DNA of 64,000 bases from Spirochaetia bacterium. Lineage in GTDB: Bacteria; Spirochaetota; Spirochaetia; SP-2023. Numbering within the stretch: position 1 is the stretch's first letter; every line of letters starts with the position of its first letter. The stretch covers positions 1,728,001 to 1,792,000 of the forward strand of contig CBDDCK010000005.1 of the NCBI GenBank assembly GCA_965225855.1, given 5' to 3'. Positions 1-10,172 of the stretch are shown one piece after another. Under the pieces are notes generated by a model. It saw nothing but the letters and a program-made list of their open reading frames with translations, had not been told where the DNA came from and did no database searches. Both the position numbers and the translations under genes were made by a program.

Positions 1-964
1 TCACCTAGTTTATTTGCGCGGCGTTCAAATAAAAATTGTGAACTTTCTAATGGACGGCCTGTTGCATCTAGCCCTAGGCCAGAGACATTGGCCCCCGACC
101 AGTAGACATCGAGATTTTTGCTAGGAAGGCCAAACACGCCAAAGTATTTGCCGCTGATACCTGCCCAAATAGAGCTAATATCTAAGCGTTTATCACGACT
201 TGAACGCCCTAGCGATACGGTTTTGCTTTTTTTACCATTATAATACACATAGCTGCGCATATCAGCAGCGGTTCGGTTGCTGCCAATATGATCGACTTCT
301 GGCCCAATTTGTGGACCATAGTATATACTATAAACTACTTTACGCTTATTTTGTGCCAACAGCCCACCCGACTCCCGTAAAAGCCTTAGGCTTACTTTTA
401 TCATGTATTCATCTTGAGTGAATTCTAAAGTTTTCTTTAGGATATATGGCTCTGTATCATTATTTAAAGTAAACTCTGTGGTAAATTGGTAGACTAAATT
501 TCCAATTTTTTTAAAGTCGTGAGGCATTAAAATTGGTTGGCCATCATTATAATTGCCCAAAAAAACCGTAAACGGATAAAGTCCAGAATCAACACTTCGA
601 ACCATTTCCAATGGTAAGCCATTATTGTTATGTTGTTTCAGAACTAAAGAACGCATAACCGCTCCTTCCAAACTAAACTCGGCGCGATAGACATCGGTTT
701 CTACAATTATTGGATTTTGATTTTTTTTTGTAACAGAAGAATTATGAGGGCGAAGCTTAGCCTGCCCTAAGTCGGAAGGATTGATTTTTACTTTTTTATC
801 TACAGTATTTAAGTCAGACTGCCCTAATATTTTTTGTTGTCTAGCCCCCTGCTGTTTCGTCTCTTGTTGTTTCGAAGCTAACCAACTTTGATAATAAAAC
901 CATCCACCAAATAATACGGTTAGTAATAGCAAACCGATTGTTTGCATTTTTTTCGCATGGTCAT
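1..964 (-). CDS. yidC: membrane protein insertase YidC (5' part; runs off the left edge)
   Basis: Manually read minus-strand ORF from ATG at 964 (MTMRKKMQTIGLLLLTVLFGGWFYYQ...) with an N-terminal TM anchor. It lies directly downstream of rpmH-rnpA-yidD, the canonical order. Absent from the ORF track because it is incomplete. Confidence 0.85.
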
Positions 965-986
965 TTTTACTCATTATTATTTCCTT

Positions 987-1307
987 TTAAAAATTTAGCT
1001 TTTCTACTATTTTTGAGTCATTTTTATTTTCATTTTTTTCGCATACGGCTGGATCATAACCACCTAGATTCCACGGATGGCAACGCAATATACGCTTCAA
1101 ACCAAGCCACATTCCTTTTTGTAAACCATAGTACTCCAAAGCTTTAATACAATATGAAGAACAACTAGGATAAAAACGACATCTTTTGGGAAAGAATGGA
1201 GACAATGTATATTGATATAATTTGATAGCCTTTATGAAAATATTTTTAATAATATTTATCATATTAGATACGGGTATCTCAATGTAATATTTCCGATTGC
1301 TTTGCAT
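987..1307 (-). CDS. yidD: membrane protein insertion efficiency factor YidD
   Basis: YQYTLSPFFPKRCRFYPSCSSY...KRILRCHPW..GGYDP signature. True start may be a little downstream. Confidence 0.95.
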   Translation of the reverse strand: MQSNRKYYIEIPVSNMINIIKNIFIKAIKLYQYTLSPFFPKRCRFYPSCSSYCIKALEYYGLQKGMWLGLKRILRCHPWNLGGYDPAVCEKNENKNDSKIVEKLNF

Positions 1308-1893
1308 TTCTCAAAAACTCAAACCATTGTTTACGCAATGATTTTTCTAAATGCGACAATAGAAATTGATACCGCTGAATTTCTCCCAGAAATAAAGGAT
1401 CGCTAGCTCCCTGCCAAATGCGAAAAGATTCGAGCAATTCTATATTTTCTACAGGGTAAGCGGGCCGATAAATAACAAAGGCCCAGTGGTAAACAAGCTG
1501 TTGCTCCAAATGTAAAATATTCATTCGGAAGTCTTCTTTTTCACAATGAGCATTTCCATACATAAAATGTTTTGCCTGCAATATATTCAGAGCAGATATG
1601 GCTACACGCCAAGAAATATGACGCAATTGCTGTTTGCTGTGGCGGTAGAATTCACGCTGTAGGCGTTTTGCTCGATTCCTTTGAGCAGCAGAGCCCAAAC
1701 GCTTTACCGGACTGAGAAACAATTGATCATCTGCCCCAATGTCTGATCTGGTATTAAAAATCAATTTTAAGCCTGCATGCTGTACACTGCCACGAAATTT
1801 CAATTGAGTATCGTCATTTCCAGAATGCTTAAACAATTCTGCTATTTGATATTTATTGCGCAATATCTCATTCTTAGTAAGGTTTTTTCTCAT
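1279..1893 (-). CDS. rnpA: ribonuclease P protein component (unusually long)
   Basis: Lies between rpmH and yidD; N-terminal LTKNEILR and RNR motif ([18 protein letters not shown]). Confidence 0.8.
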   Translation of the reverse strand: MRKNLTKNEILRNKYQIAELFKHSGNDDTQLKFRGSVQHAGLKLIFNTRSDIGADDQLFLSPVKRLGSAAQRNRAKRLQREFYRHSKQQLRHISWRVAISALNILQAKHFMYGNAHCEKEDFRMNILHLEQQLVYHWAFVIYRPAYPVENIELLESFRIWQGASDPLFLGEIQRYQFLLSHLEKSLRKQWFEFLRNAKQSEILH

Positions 1894-2029
1894 CTGAAAT
1901 GCTCAATTTGTGCCGACCTTTTTTGCGGCGGCGGCGTAAAACATTTTGCCCGCCTTGTGTGGCCATGCGGGCACGAAAACCAAATTTACGATTGCGCTTT
2001 ACGCGACTAGGATTATAGGTTGGCTTCAC
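1874..2029 (-). CDS. rpmH: 50S ribosomal protein L34
   Basis: Manual translation from GTG with [59 protein letters not shown] (51 aa, below the ORF-track cutoff). Confidence 0.97.
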   Translation of the reverse strand: MKPTYNPSRVKRNRKFGFRARMATQGGQNVLRRRRKKGRHKLSISDEKKPY

Positions 2030-2196
2030 GACATTCTCCTTTTAAGGCTATCTAACTAAAACTGCAATGGAATAACCTATCTTAAAGTAAGACTAGGGAT
2101 TGTACTTTATCTTTATTTTTTGTCAATAAACAATTTATTTTAATATTATTCTTTCTGTCTAAGCAACTATGGTAAGCTCTGGCTGATTTTGTTAAA

Positions 2197-2760
2197 ATGA
2201 TGGAAATGTTTGGTATTATTGGATTTTTATCTAAATTTAGAACAACACTAATGTTGTTGTGTTTTTTCAGTTTATTTTTTATTAGTAAGGCTTTGTTCAA
2301 TAGTGATAGGGTTTATATATTGTTGTTTCCTGGGGCCGATAGTGAATATAACGGCTTGGGAAATTTTAGCCAACTGTACATAGAACAGCGCAAAGTACCT
2401 ATTCCTAAAGTATTACCCACTGGCTGGGATCAACAAGAGCGCGAAATTTATTATTTGTTAAAAGAACTTGTTTATGGCCCCGGCCCACGCATCATTCATT
2501 CATACCCTTTTATTTCTACTGATACCAAAATCAATAATCTTGTAATAGAGCAACAAAATTTATACGTGGATTTCAATGCCAAGCTGGTGGAAGGGAAATC
2601 GGAACACTACTTTGGTACAAATGAAGTATTAGCACTGACGAAAAAGGTTGTTCGCTTAAATTTCCCTCACATCAAAAATATTTTTTTTACTGTAGATGGC
2701 CTCGATATTCGCTTATTCCGTAGTAACCTAGAAAATCGTCCAACTATGAAAAAATCTTAA
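2197..2760 (+). CDS. GerMN-domain protein
   Basis: N-terminal TM; LLKELVYGP...TKINNL...LYVDFN...IKNIFFTVDG pattern typical of GerMN. Confidence 0.65.
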   Translation: MMEMFGIIGFLSKFRTTLMLLCFFSLFFISKALFNSDRVYILLFPGADSEYNGLGNFSQLYIEQRKVPIPKVLPTGWDQQEREIYYLLKELVYGPGPRIIHSYPFISTDTKINNLVIEQQNLYVDFNAKLVEGKSEHYFGTNEVLALTKKVVRLNFPHIKNIFFTVDGLDIRLFRSNLENRPTMKKS

Positions 2761-4050
2761 TTATTGGTTACGGGATATCACTTGTTCACGCTTAGGTCCG
2801 TTGGAAATCCAAGTGATCGGCACGCCTAATTGTTTTTCTAAAAATAATATGTATTCTTGAGCTTGGGCAGGTAAATCCGCAAATACCCGCACAGAGCTAA
2901 TATCTTTTTTCCAACCGGGTAATTTGACAAAAACAGGTTTCATTCTTTGCTGCAAAGTCTGGCATGGAAAATCGAATACTTCTTTTCCGTTTTTTTGATC
3001 GCGATAAGCCACACAAACGGGAATTTTATCAAGATCGTCTAATACGTCGATATTGGTCAGAGCCATTTCTGTAGCTCCTTGGATTTCTGCGCCATAACGT
3101 GTAGCCACTGCATCAAACCAACCCACTCTACGGGGCCGCCCTGTGGTTGCACCATATTCTCCACTATCTCCGCCACGTTGGCGTAGCCATTCTGCTTCGG
3201 CACCATGCAATTCTACCACAAAAGGCCCTTGTCCCACACAGGAAGAATAGGCTTTGGTTACCGCTAAAACTTTTTGCAATTCACGAGCTGAAACCCCAAG
3301 CCCAGCTGGGGCAAAAGTTGCCAATGGAGAGGAGGAAGTAGAGTAGGGGTAAATACCATGAAAAATATCACGCAAGGTGCCTAATTGACCTTCTACTAAA
3401 ACATGCTTATTTTGCCGTAAAGCATTATTTAGCAGTGCTCTGGTATCACATAAGTAAGGCGTAAGGACTTCACGTGCAGCACGTGCTTCTATGAGCAGGT
3501 TTTCAATCTCTAATTCTGGCTTTCGGTATAGTTCTCGAAACAATAAATTTTTCTGTGGGAGAATTAATTGAAAATGGTTTTCCAACGCAGCCTCATCAAA
3601 TAATTGATGCAGTTGGATGCCGGTTTTTGCATACATATCACTATAAAAAGGTGCTATACCAGAACGGGTTGAACCAAAGTTTGCTGAAGCCCGCCGCTCT
3701 TCTTCTAGGGTATCAAATTGTTTATGGTAGGAAAATAGTAGATGCGCTCTATCGGAAATGAGTAACTTTGGTGTACTCACGCCACGCTGTTGCAAATTTT
3801 CTAATTCTTTGCGCAAAGCATCTACGTTGACGGCAACACAAGGCCCTAAAATATTTGTAGTATTTTGATTAAATACCCCAGAAGGGAGTAAGTGTAGCGC
3901 AAATTTGCCATACTGATTTATGATGGTGTGCCCAGCATTACTCCCGCCCTGAAAACGTGCGACAAAATCAGAATTACTAGCTAAAAAGTCTGTAAATTTG
4001 CCTTTTCCCTCATCTCCCCAATTTGCTCCAACAATGGCTGTTATAGGCAT
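2761..4050 (-). CDS. purA: adenylosuccinate synthase
   Basis: GANWGDEGKGK, RFQGGSNAGHT and EYGATTGRPRRVGWFD motifs. Confidence 0.99.
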   Translation of the reverse strand: MPITAIVGANWGDEGKGKFTDFLASNSDFVARFQGGSNAGHTIINQYGKFALHLLPSGVFNQNTTNILGPCVAVNVDALRKELENLQQRGVSTPKLLISDRAHLLFSYHKQFDTLEEERRASANFGSTRSGIAPFYSDMYAKTGIQLHQLFDEAALENHFQLILPQKNLLFRELYRKPELEIENLLIEARAAREVLTPYLCDTRALLNNALRQNKHVLVEGQLGTLRDIFHGIYPYSTSSSPLATFAPAGLGVSARELQKVLAVTKAYSSCVGQGPFVVELHGAEAEWLRQRGGDSGEYGATTGRPRRVGWFDAVATRYGAEIQGATEMALTNIDVLDDLDKIPVCVAYRDQKNGKEVFDFPCQTLQQRMKPVFVKLPGWKKDISSVRVFADLPAQAQEYILFLEKQLGVPITWISNGPKREQVISRNQ

Positions 4051-4123
4051 TTGCCCTCCAAACTAGTACACTGTAATTTTGATAAAATAAAATTTGCTGG
4101 ATTCATATGGCTGTACTGGATTC

Positions 4124-5242
4124 TTAAACTCCGGCAAATTTAGCAAAATACATATAAACTCGGTTCATAAATTCAGTTTGAATATCTTTATTTAATAATC
4201 GTTTTAATGTAGTAACAGTGCGCAAACGCGATATACCGGATTCTCGCCCACTTTTACTAAAATCTAATAGTGATGTTTTGAAACCACTGCCATCTACATT
4301 TTGCATTTGTGTAAAACTAAGCTGTAAGTCCCAAGCCAAGTTGATATAACGGTTGTTGGTTTTTATATCGGAAAGCTGCAATGACACTTTAACAACTAGA
4401 GCATTATTGCCTTGCTTTCGGGTAAAACCTAATTTGGTAAATTGTTCTGCAATATTCTCACCCAAAAATCGCAGCTCTGCAGCACCATCATAATTAACGG
4501 TGAATGACAGCCCCCGAGCAAATTCACTACGCTCTTCAGACAGTTTTACAGAACTATAAGTAATACTCGAAGAAATGCGTTCATGCATTGACTTATTAAT
4601 AATTTGCAATTGCTCTAACAAAAGCTGGTTGCGCAGAGCTAAATCAACACTGTAATCATATAAAATAAAAGCAGATAGTAATTTTTCTGTATTATTATCT
4701 AATGGGTTAAATTTTTGAGCACGGCTGTGTAATTCTGTAATTTTGTTGCGCCGATCGGCAATGCGTTCTGAATACAGCGTACCTACCTTTTGGCGTTCGA
4801 GATAGGCAACAATATAAACCCGCCCTTCTGCACGAAACGGCTCTGAATATTCGATACCATAAATCTTTTGGGCACTGTGAATATTCACCGTTTGTTCCAC
4901 ACTACGGTAAGAGTTATTGGGGTTTTCCGATTCCGAATAGCGAAAATTTGTAGTCGAATCGTAATTGATTTGGGCTGTAAACAGGGTCGCTAGTTCGCCA
5001 GCGGCATCACGCTTTGCCTCTCGTTCTGTACTGCCTCTACCACGGACGGCCAAATAGTCTCGATCTGGGTATACTTTATTGGTATCCAGATACCAAGCGG
5101 GAACAATACCATTGGCTAAATTGGTGCGACTATTATTGCTAGTGGCTAGGCAGCCGGAAAAGAGCAAGAGACTGCCAAATAAAATAAAAAGTGAAGTAAA
5201 AAAGAATCTTTTTGTATTATTTTCTTCACTGTTCTTCATCAA
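4124..5242 (-). CDS. LPP20-like lipoprotein
   Basis: Lipobox LFSGC; VPAWY...YLAVRGRG...AKRDAAGELA pattern of the LPP20 family. Confidence 0.7.
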   Translation of the reverse strand: MMKNSEENNTKRFFFTSLFILFGSLLLFSGCLATSNNSRTNLANGIVPAWYLDTNKVYPDRDYLAVRGRGSTEREAKRDAAGELATLFTAQINYDSTTNFRYSESENPNNSYRSVEQTVNIHSAQKIYGIEYSEPFRAEGRVYIVAYLERQKVGTLYSERIADRRNKITELHSRAQKFNPLDNNTEKLLSAFILYDYSVDLALRNQLLLEQLQIINKSMHERISSSITYSSVKLSEERSEFARGLSFTVNYDGAAELRFLGENIAEQFTKLGFTRKQGNNALVVKVSLQLSDIKTNNRYINLAWDLQLSFTQMQNVDGSGFKTSLLDFSKSGRESGISRLRTVTTLKRLLNKDIQTEFMNRVYMYFAKFAGV

Positions 5243-5321
5243 TTCAAAATCTTTCTTTATTCACAGCAGTTAGGAATTTTACAGTTCCTCTAGCTGCTGT
5301 GAAATTTGATTCAAAAAATAT

Positions 5322-5999
5322 TTATTCAGATTCAGCGATAAAAGGATTAAAAGCTACTTCCGATAATTCACCTCTGCTATCTTCTAAGCCATAGGCGGAA
5401 GAACTTAAATCATCTTTTAACTTAGCAATAGTAGCATTGTCTTCGTCTGTTAGATTTTCTTGGCTTGCAGCAGCTTGTTTTATGGCATCATCCATGAATT
5501 GATCTAACAAAGACTTTTTAATGGCATATACGGCAACGTACTGAAAATCTTCTTTGTCATCGTCATATTTTAGCTTAATCCACCAGTCATGCTGCATTTG
5601 TAGCCCTGAAATATTTTGTTTAGAGACAATTTCTGTGGTGATATTCATTACTTTTGTTATAGAATCTTTATCGCCACTAACAGAGCTCTTAGCCATAAAA
5701 TCAACACTGGTTTGAATGCGTTTGGCTACTTCCGATTGAACTTCAAAATTCTTTGACCACATTATCAAACCATCTAGGTTGCGGCCTTTTTGATTGGCTA
5801 TAAAAACATAGCTATCGGGAAAATATTTGCGAGATAACGCTTCTGCAGAATCGGTCAGTGCAGCTTGAATAAGTTTGGGCACTTTTGCACCAGCTAACAC
5901 GCCTTTGTGATCAATAATTTTATAATTGGGTCGTACATTTTGGTTTAATGTAGTACAAGCCGTTAATGCAAACACAACCATAATTATAATTTTCTTCAT
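5322..5999 (-). CDS. lipoprotein, unknown function
   Basis: AGGAG RBS before ATG 5999; MKKIIIMVVFALTAC lipobox. Confidence 0.75.
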   Translation of the reverse strand: MKKIIIMVVFALTACTTLNQNVRPNYKIIDHKGVLAGAKVPKLIQAALTDSAEALSRKYFPDSYVFIANQKGRNLDGLIMWSKNFEVQSEVAKRIQTSVDFMAKSSVSGDKDSITKVMNITTEIVSKQNISGLQMQHDWWIKLKYDDDKEDFQYVAVYAIKKSLLDQFMDDAIKQAAASQENLTDEDNATIAKLKDDLSSSAYGLEDSRGELSEVAFNPFIAESE

Positions 6000-6687
6000 A
6001 GAAACTCCTATTTTATAAAGAATAAAAATATAATAACCGATTGTAGTGATTGCTTGAAAAAGATGCAAGAGACTATAAGTTAAGTTATAAAAAACCCGCT
6101 ACTTTCAAAAAATAGTCAGCTGTCTTTTTAGAATTTAATTTGCTATAGTGTATCCTGTGTATCCTCTTGTATCCTGATAAGTTAGCCATACTATGCTATG
6201 GCAAAAGGCCTTGAATGAAAAGCAGTGCGATGCTCGCATTTTTGTTTTTTCTTAATAAAAAGCTTACCTTCATTGGGGACTATAAAGGCTTTAGGCTAGC
6301 TCCGCCAGTTTGTCGCTGTACTCGCAATAACCCAAGCCCCCAACCAATCATTGAAAACAGCAAAGGCCAACCACCCCCCCAAAAAAAAAAAAAAGCAACA
6401 AGCCCAAAACACTGTATGGCCAAAGTTGTTTGCCAAAAGCGCTTTCGGTATATACCCAGAAGAGCCGCGACTAAATAGTGATAAGAGACCCGACTAAATA
6501 CGGGAAGCCAATATAGCCAAAACTATTGAATTTGCCTACAAAACTAAGGACCTAACAAAGGTATCTCAAGGTATCTCAAATAATCTATTGGCTACGAACC
6601 ACCGTATTTGCTTACAACACTAAACACAAATAAGACACAGAAAAGTGCCAAAACACAAAAAAATTTGTAAAAAGTTTAATAAGTACC

Positions 6688-6716
6688 TTGACTCACCTAC
6701 CCCCTCCTAGCATAAT
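6688..6716 (+). promoter_or_regulatory. sigma70-like promoter TTGACT-17-CATAAT with a C-rich spacer
   Basis: TTGACT 6688-6693 and CATAAT 6711-6716; homologous to the promoters at 18173-18199 and 55642-55668. Confidence 0.6.
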
Positions 6717-6764
6717 AGTAGACTATACCGCAGCCCATATGGGTTTGCTATTCTCATTCTCTTT

Positions 6765-7237
6765 TTGGATGTATTGCTTATTAATAAGCAGAAATTATTT
6801 TTATTGCCTGTAGCGTTGCTACTGGGCCTTACACTGGTGTTTTCCTGCGACCCAGCCGATGACGATGATGCAAAGCCGTCTGGGCCTAGCATCACTGGTG
6901 CAACCTATGATAAGGTTAGTGCTCTTTTAGCCTTAGAAGGTTCTAACTTAGGTAATGCTAAAGCAGCGGACATCGCAAAAATCATGGTAGATGAAATAGC
7001 CTTAAGTGGCTATGTTGCAGATACCGAAGCCAAAGGGGCAGCTAGTACTGGTCTTACTGCAGGTAAGTACAGAATTAAAAACGATGGCAAGATGATTTGG
7101 ATCGTGCTTACAAGTGGAAATAAAGGTTCTCTTAATACCAAGTCCGGTATGAATATGGATGGTAAAAAACCGGTAAGCTTACTGGTACTTGGGCGGGTTT
7201 AAGTAAAGAGAAAGACTTAACCGTTACTGGTAATTAA
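6765..7237 (+). pseudogene. decayed single-repeat paralog of the modular surface lipoproteins
   Basis: Leader KLFLLPVALLL..FSCDPADDDD matches the paralogs, but ATG TAT AAG has become ATT AAT AAG and the RBS GGAGG has become GGATG. A frameshift near the A-run at ~7164-7169 moves the repeat tail (TGTWAGLSKEKDLTVTGN*, stop 7235-7237) into another frame. Confidence 0.7.
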
Positions 7238-7260
7238 TGGCTAATTAAAGCTGGCGGGCT

Positions 7261-7311
7261 GCCAACCAAGTAAATGGTTTTCGTTATTGCCATAAGCAAT
7301 GCTTGGTTGGC
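7261..7311 (+). terminator. hairpin downstream of the lipoprotein pseudogene
   Basis: GCCAACCAAG...CTTGGTTGGC inverted repeat, homologous to 15526-15569; weak U-tract. Confidence 0.5.
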
Positions 7312-7390
7312 CTATTGTTAGCTCTTAGAGCATGCGCTTACTCGGCAAGCAAGGCTTGGGTTTTAGACCAAGTCTTGCTTGCCTTTTTTG

Positions 7391-7601
7391 TATGGGCCCG
7401 AACTACTCGAACAGCATGGTGCGGGTGGAAGAAGAGCTCAAGCACCAAAGGGAACTGCTTAAAACCTTTATGCAGCAAATGGACAAGCGCTTTGAAGCTA
7501 TGCAGCAAAACATGGACAAAAGGTTTTTGATGTTGCAATGGTTTATAGCAACAGGCATTGGCCTAGTTATCGGTATCTTGGGCTTGCTTAAATTGATGTA
7601 A
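7391..7601 (+). pseudogene. DUF1640-like/CCDC90-like coiled-coil membrane-anchored protein fragment
   Basis: MVRVEEELKHQRELL..QMDKRFEAMQQNMDKRF plus a C-terminal TM. The upstream YGPELLE lies 1 nt out of frame (family pattern ELLERMVRVEEELK). Confidence 0.55.
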
Positions 7602-7891
7602 GCCCTACGGTTGCTTGGTTTTTTTGTGGGCAACTATTAGTTTGCTAATGATTGGCTAATTACTGGGTTGCCCTGTATTGAATATTGAGAAACAACCTAG
7701 TAGATAACTATGGGCCGACCTAATTCGTAACTATGGAATTACCTATTATGTTTTTTGTGTGTGGCCTTTGGGTTGAGTTATTGGGCTTTGGTTTTTAAAG
7801 CAGGCATTGGTAAAGGCCTGCATCACTTTTATAGCAATGATAAAGACCGCTACGCCAAATAGGCTTTATGTGGCTCTTTTGGTTTATGCCT

Positions 7892-8977
7892 TTAATCCAA
7901 GCGGACTTCTCGCCCAGTTTGAGCCGATTCTTTAATGGCATCTAAAATGCGTTGCACCTGCAGTGATTCTTCCAGTTTAACTCCTAGCTCTTCTTCACCA
8001 CGGACAGCCCGAACGAAATTGACAAACCGGTCGCAGTGTGGCCACGGCAGCGGTAAACCCGCAAAAGATGATTCTTGCGTGGCACCCCCTTTTAGCTCTA
8101 CATTTAGATTGCTGCGTAAAACCTTATCAAAAGTAAAAATCTTGGCAGGATAGCATTGAGCACCCGCTTCACTGCCGTAAATATCTACATTGTGGAGATC
8201 ATCAAGTTCAGTGTGAGAAGACCAAGAAACATCTAAGGCAACGGTTGCGCCCCCCTTTAGCTTTATCAAAGCGCAAGATAAATCATCGACATCAAAAGCT
8301 ATTCCTGTGTCATCAGACATACCCCAACCACCAAAGCCTATACCGCGATGGGCTAGCTTACTATAAGTAGCACCACTCACCGATTCAGCCTCAAAATTCC
8401 CCATAATGTGGAGGGAGAGGTCTAACATGTGTACGCCTATGTCTAAGATGCAGCCGCCGCCTGCGAGCTTTTGCGAGCCAAACCAAGTACCTTTTTTAGG
8501 GGCACCGCTGCGCCTTCGCCAATAAGCTTTTGAATGGTAAATTTCGCCAAAATAACCTTGGTCTGCTAAGTATTTAATTTTTTGTGAATCCGCTTCAAAC
8601 CGTTGATTTTGGCCAATCATAAACTTCAGCTTTTTGTTTTTCTCTAAAGCTTGGGCTATTTGCTGGCCTTCAACGAAATTCATTGCCATTGGCTTTTCAC
8701 AAATTACATGCTTTCCTGCTTCCAAAGCGGCCAATGATACCGGGATATGATATTTATTGGGCAATGCGATATAGACAACTTCAATATCTTTGTCGCCCAA
8801 TATTTCTTCTACATTCTTATAGATACGCGTGACATTATATTTTTGGGCAAAATCTTTAACCCGCCCTTCATGAATATCGGCTACAGCCAATAGTTCGGCG
8901 ATGTCACTATTATTGTGGAAACCTTCGGCAACACTGCTGGAAATCATTCCCGCGCCGATAATTCCTACTTTGATCAT
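7892..8977 (-). CDS. Gfo/Idh/MocA family oxidoreductase
   Basis: GIIGAG Rossmann motif, CEKP, GGGCILDIGVH; AAGGAG RBS before ATG 8977. Confidence 0.93.
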   Translation of the reverse strand: MIKVGIIGAGMISSSVAEGFHNNSDIAELLAVADIHEGRVKDFAQKYNVTRIYKNVEEILGDKDIEVVYIALPNKYHIPVSLAALEAGKHVICEKPMAMNFVEGQQIAQALEKNKKLKFMIGQNQRFEADSQKIKYLADQGYFGEIYHSKAYWRRRSGAPKKGTWFGSQKLAGGGCILDIGVHMLDLSLHIMGNFEAESVSGATYSKLAHRGIGFGGWGMSDDTGIAFDVDDLSCALIKLKGGATVALDVSWSSHTELDDLHNVDIYGSEAGAQCYPAKIFTFDKVLRSNLNVELKGGATQESSFAGLPLPWPHCDRFVNFVRAVRGEEELGVKLEESLQVQRILDAIKESAQTGREVRLD

Positions 8978-9052
8978 TCTCGTCTCCTTTATTTGATTGT
9001 TAAAAGCCATTTTTGCCTGTATAAAGGAAAATGGAAAATGGCTTGTTGGTTT

Positions 9053-9871
9053 TTAGCCATTATATTTTTTGAATAGCGTTTGGACTAAAGCAATCCCACT
9101 ATCGGCAAAAGAATCAACATCTTCAGGGTTGTCATTTTCCAAAATGAAAGTGCTTATACCCAGCTCCTTGGCTGCACCAAATATATCTTCAAAATCGACA
9201 ATGCCATCACCTATTCGTGAAGGTTGGCCCCCTTTTTGGGCTGTGGTATTCACCACAACTTCAAGGCCGTCTATCGTTTGCGTTTTTGTTTCAACAGAAT
9301 CTCCACTGTCTTTTTGCAGTATATCTTTAATGTGCAGCAAGGATATACGCTCTTTCCATTGGTGCATTCTCTCGGATACAATGGCCCCACCTGCGGTAAC
9401 CCAACCCACATCTACTTGCCAATGGAGGTCTGGAGCTAGCTCCAACAACCAATCCATAAAACATTTGTCTTCAAATATTTTAGTAATTTCATGGGCATGA
9501 TTATGGTAGTGGAACTGTACCCCAAGACCTTTCAATTTTTGGGCTATATTTTGTAAGCTAGCAGCTAATTCGCGCACTTCCGCTAAACTGTTTGCATCGG
9601 CATAAGGCATGACCAAATCTCGAGCACCGCAGGAAGGTAGTACCTTACCAAGCTCTTCCCAATTTTGCTGAAAAACGTCTAATCCAAAATGAAAAGATTG
9701 GGCTTGCAAGCCATGCTCTTTTAATTTAGCGACAATCTCTTGGGGGCTAAACCCATAAAGCCCCCCAGGTTCTACATAGGAAAGCCCTTTGTTTTTACAA
9801 AAAATTAGCATTTGTTCAAAGGGCATAAAATCCCTAAGTGAGTATGTTTGTAAACTCAATATCATAATCAC
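9053..9871 (-). CDS. sugar phosphate isomerase/epimerase (AP endonuclease 2-like TIM barrel)
   Basis: SLQTYSLRD, YHNHAHE, DVGW, LHIKD and ILEND motifs. Confidence 0.9.
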   Translation of the reverse strand: MIMILSLQTYSLRDFMPFEQMLIFCKNKGLSYVEPGGLYGFSPQEIVAKLKEHGLQAQSFHFGLDVFQQNWEELGKVLPSCGARDLVMPYADANSLAEVRELAASLQNIAQKLKGLGVQFHYHNHAHEITKIFEDKCFMDWLLELAPDLHWQVDVGWVTAGGAIVSERMHQWKERISLLHIKDILQKDSGDSVETKTQTIDGLEVVVNTTAQKGGQPSRIGDGIVDFEDIFGAAKELGISTFILENDNPEDVDSFADSGIALVQTLFKKYNG

Positions 9872-10172
9872 CTCTTGGTATGATTTTATATATTATCCAT
9901 CAATTGCTGATAGAATCTGCTAAAGTATGATTGAATTTTGTACTTCGTCAAGTTAAATTTACTTTCTATGGTTTACTTTTTATAAATGGAAAAATACATA
10001 GTGCCAGCACAATTATAAGAAGAAATACATGCCGATAAATTTTCATATTGGCCCAACATTGAAGGAATTCCTATATAGCGATATATTACCGAATCACAAT
10101 TTACGAAATAATAACCAAATTCCAAAGAAATGCCATGGTTTCTTATAACGGTGTCTAAAACAGGAATAGAAC

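Noticed and set aside
2030..2196. oriC next to rpmH
   Set aside because: No dnaA is adjacent and I saw no cluster of TTATCCACA boxes.
6374..6394. C7-A14 homopolymer as a phase-variation switch
   Set aside because: About 300 bp from the predicted promoter and not inside a supported gene; the length is also error-prone.
9900..10172. Lysine riboswitch or leader peptide upstream of aspartate kinase
   Set aside because: I could not find the conserved L-box stems, a terminator, or a Thr/Lys-rich leader. An Rfam scan would settle it.
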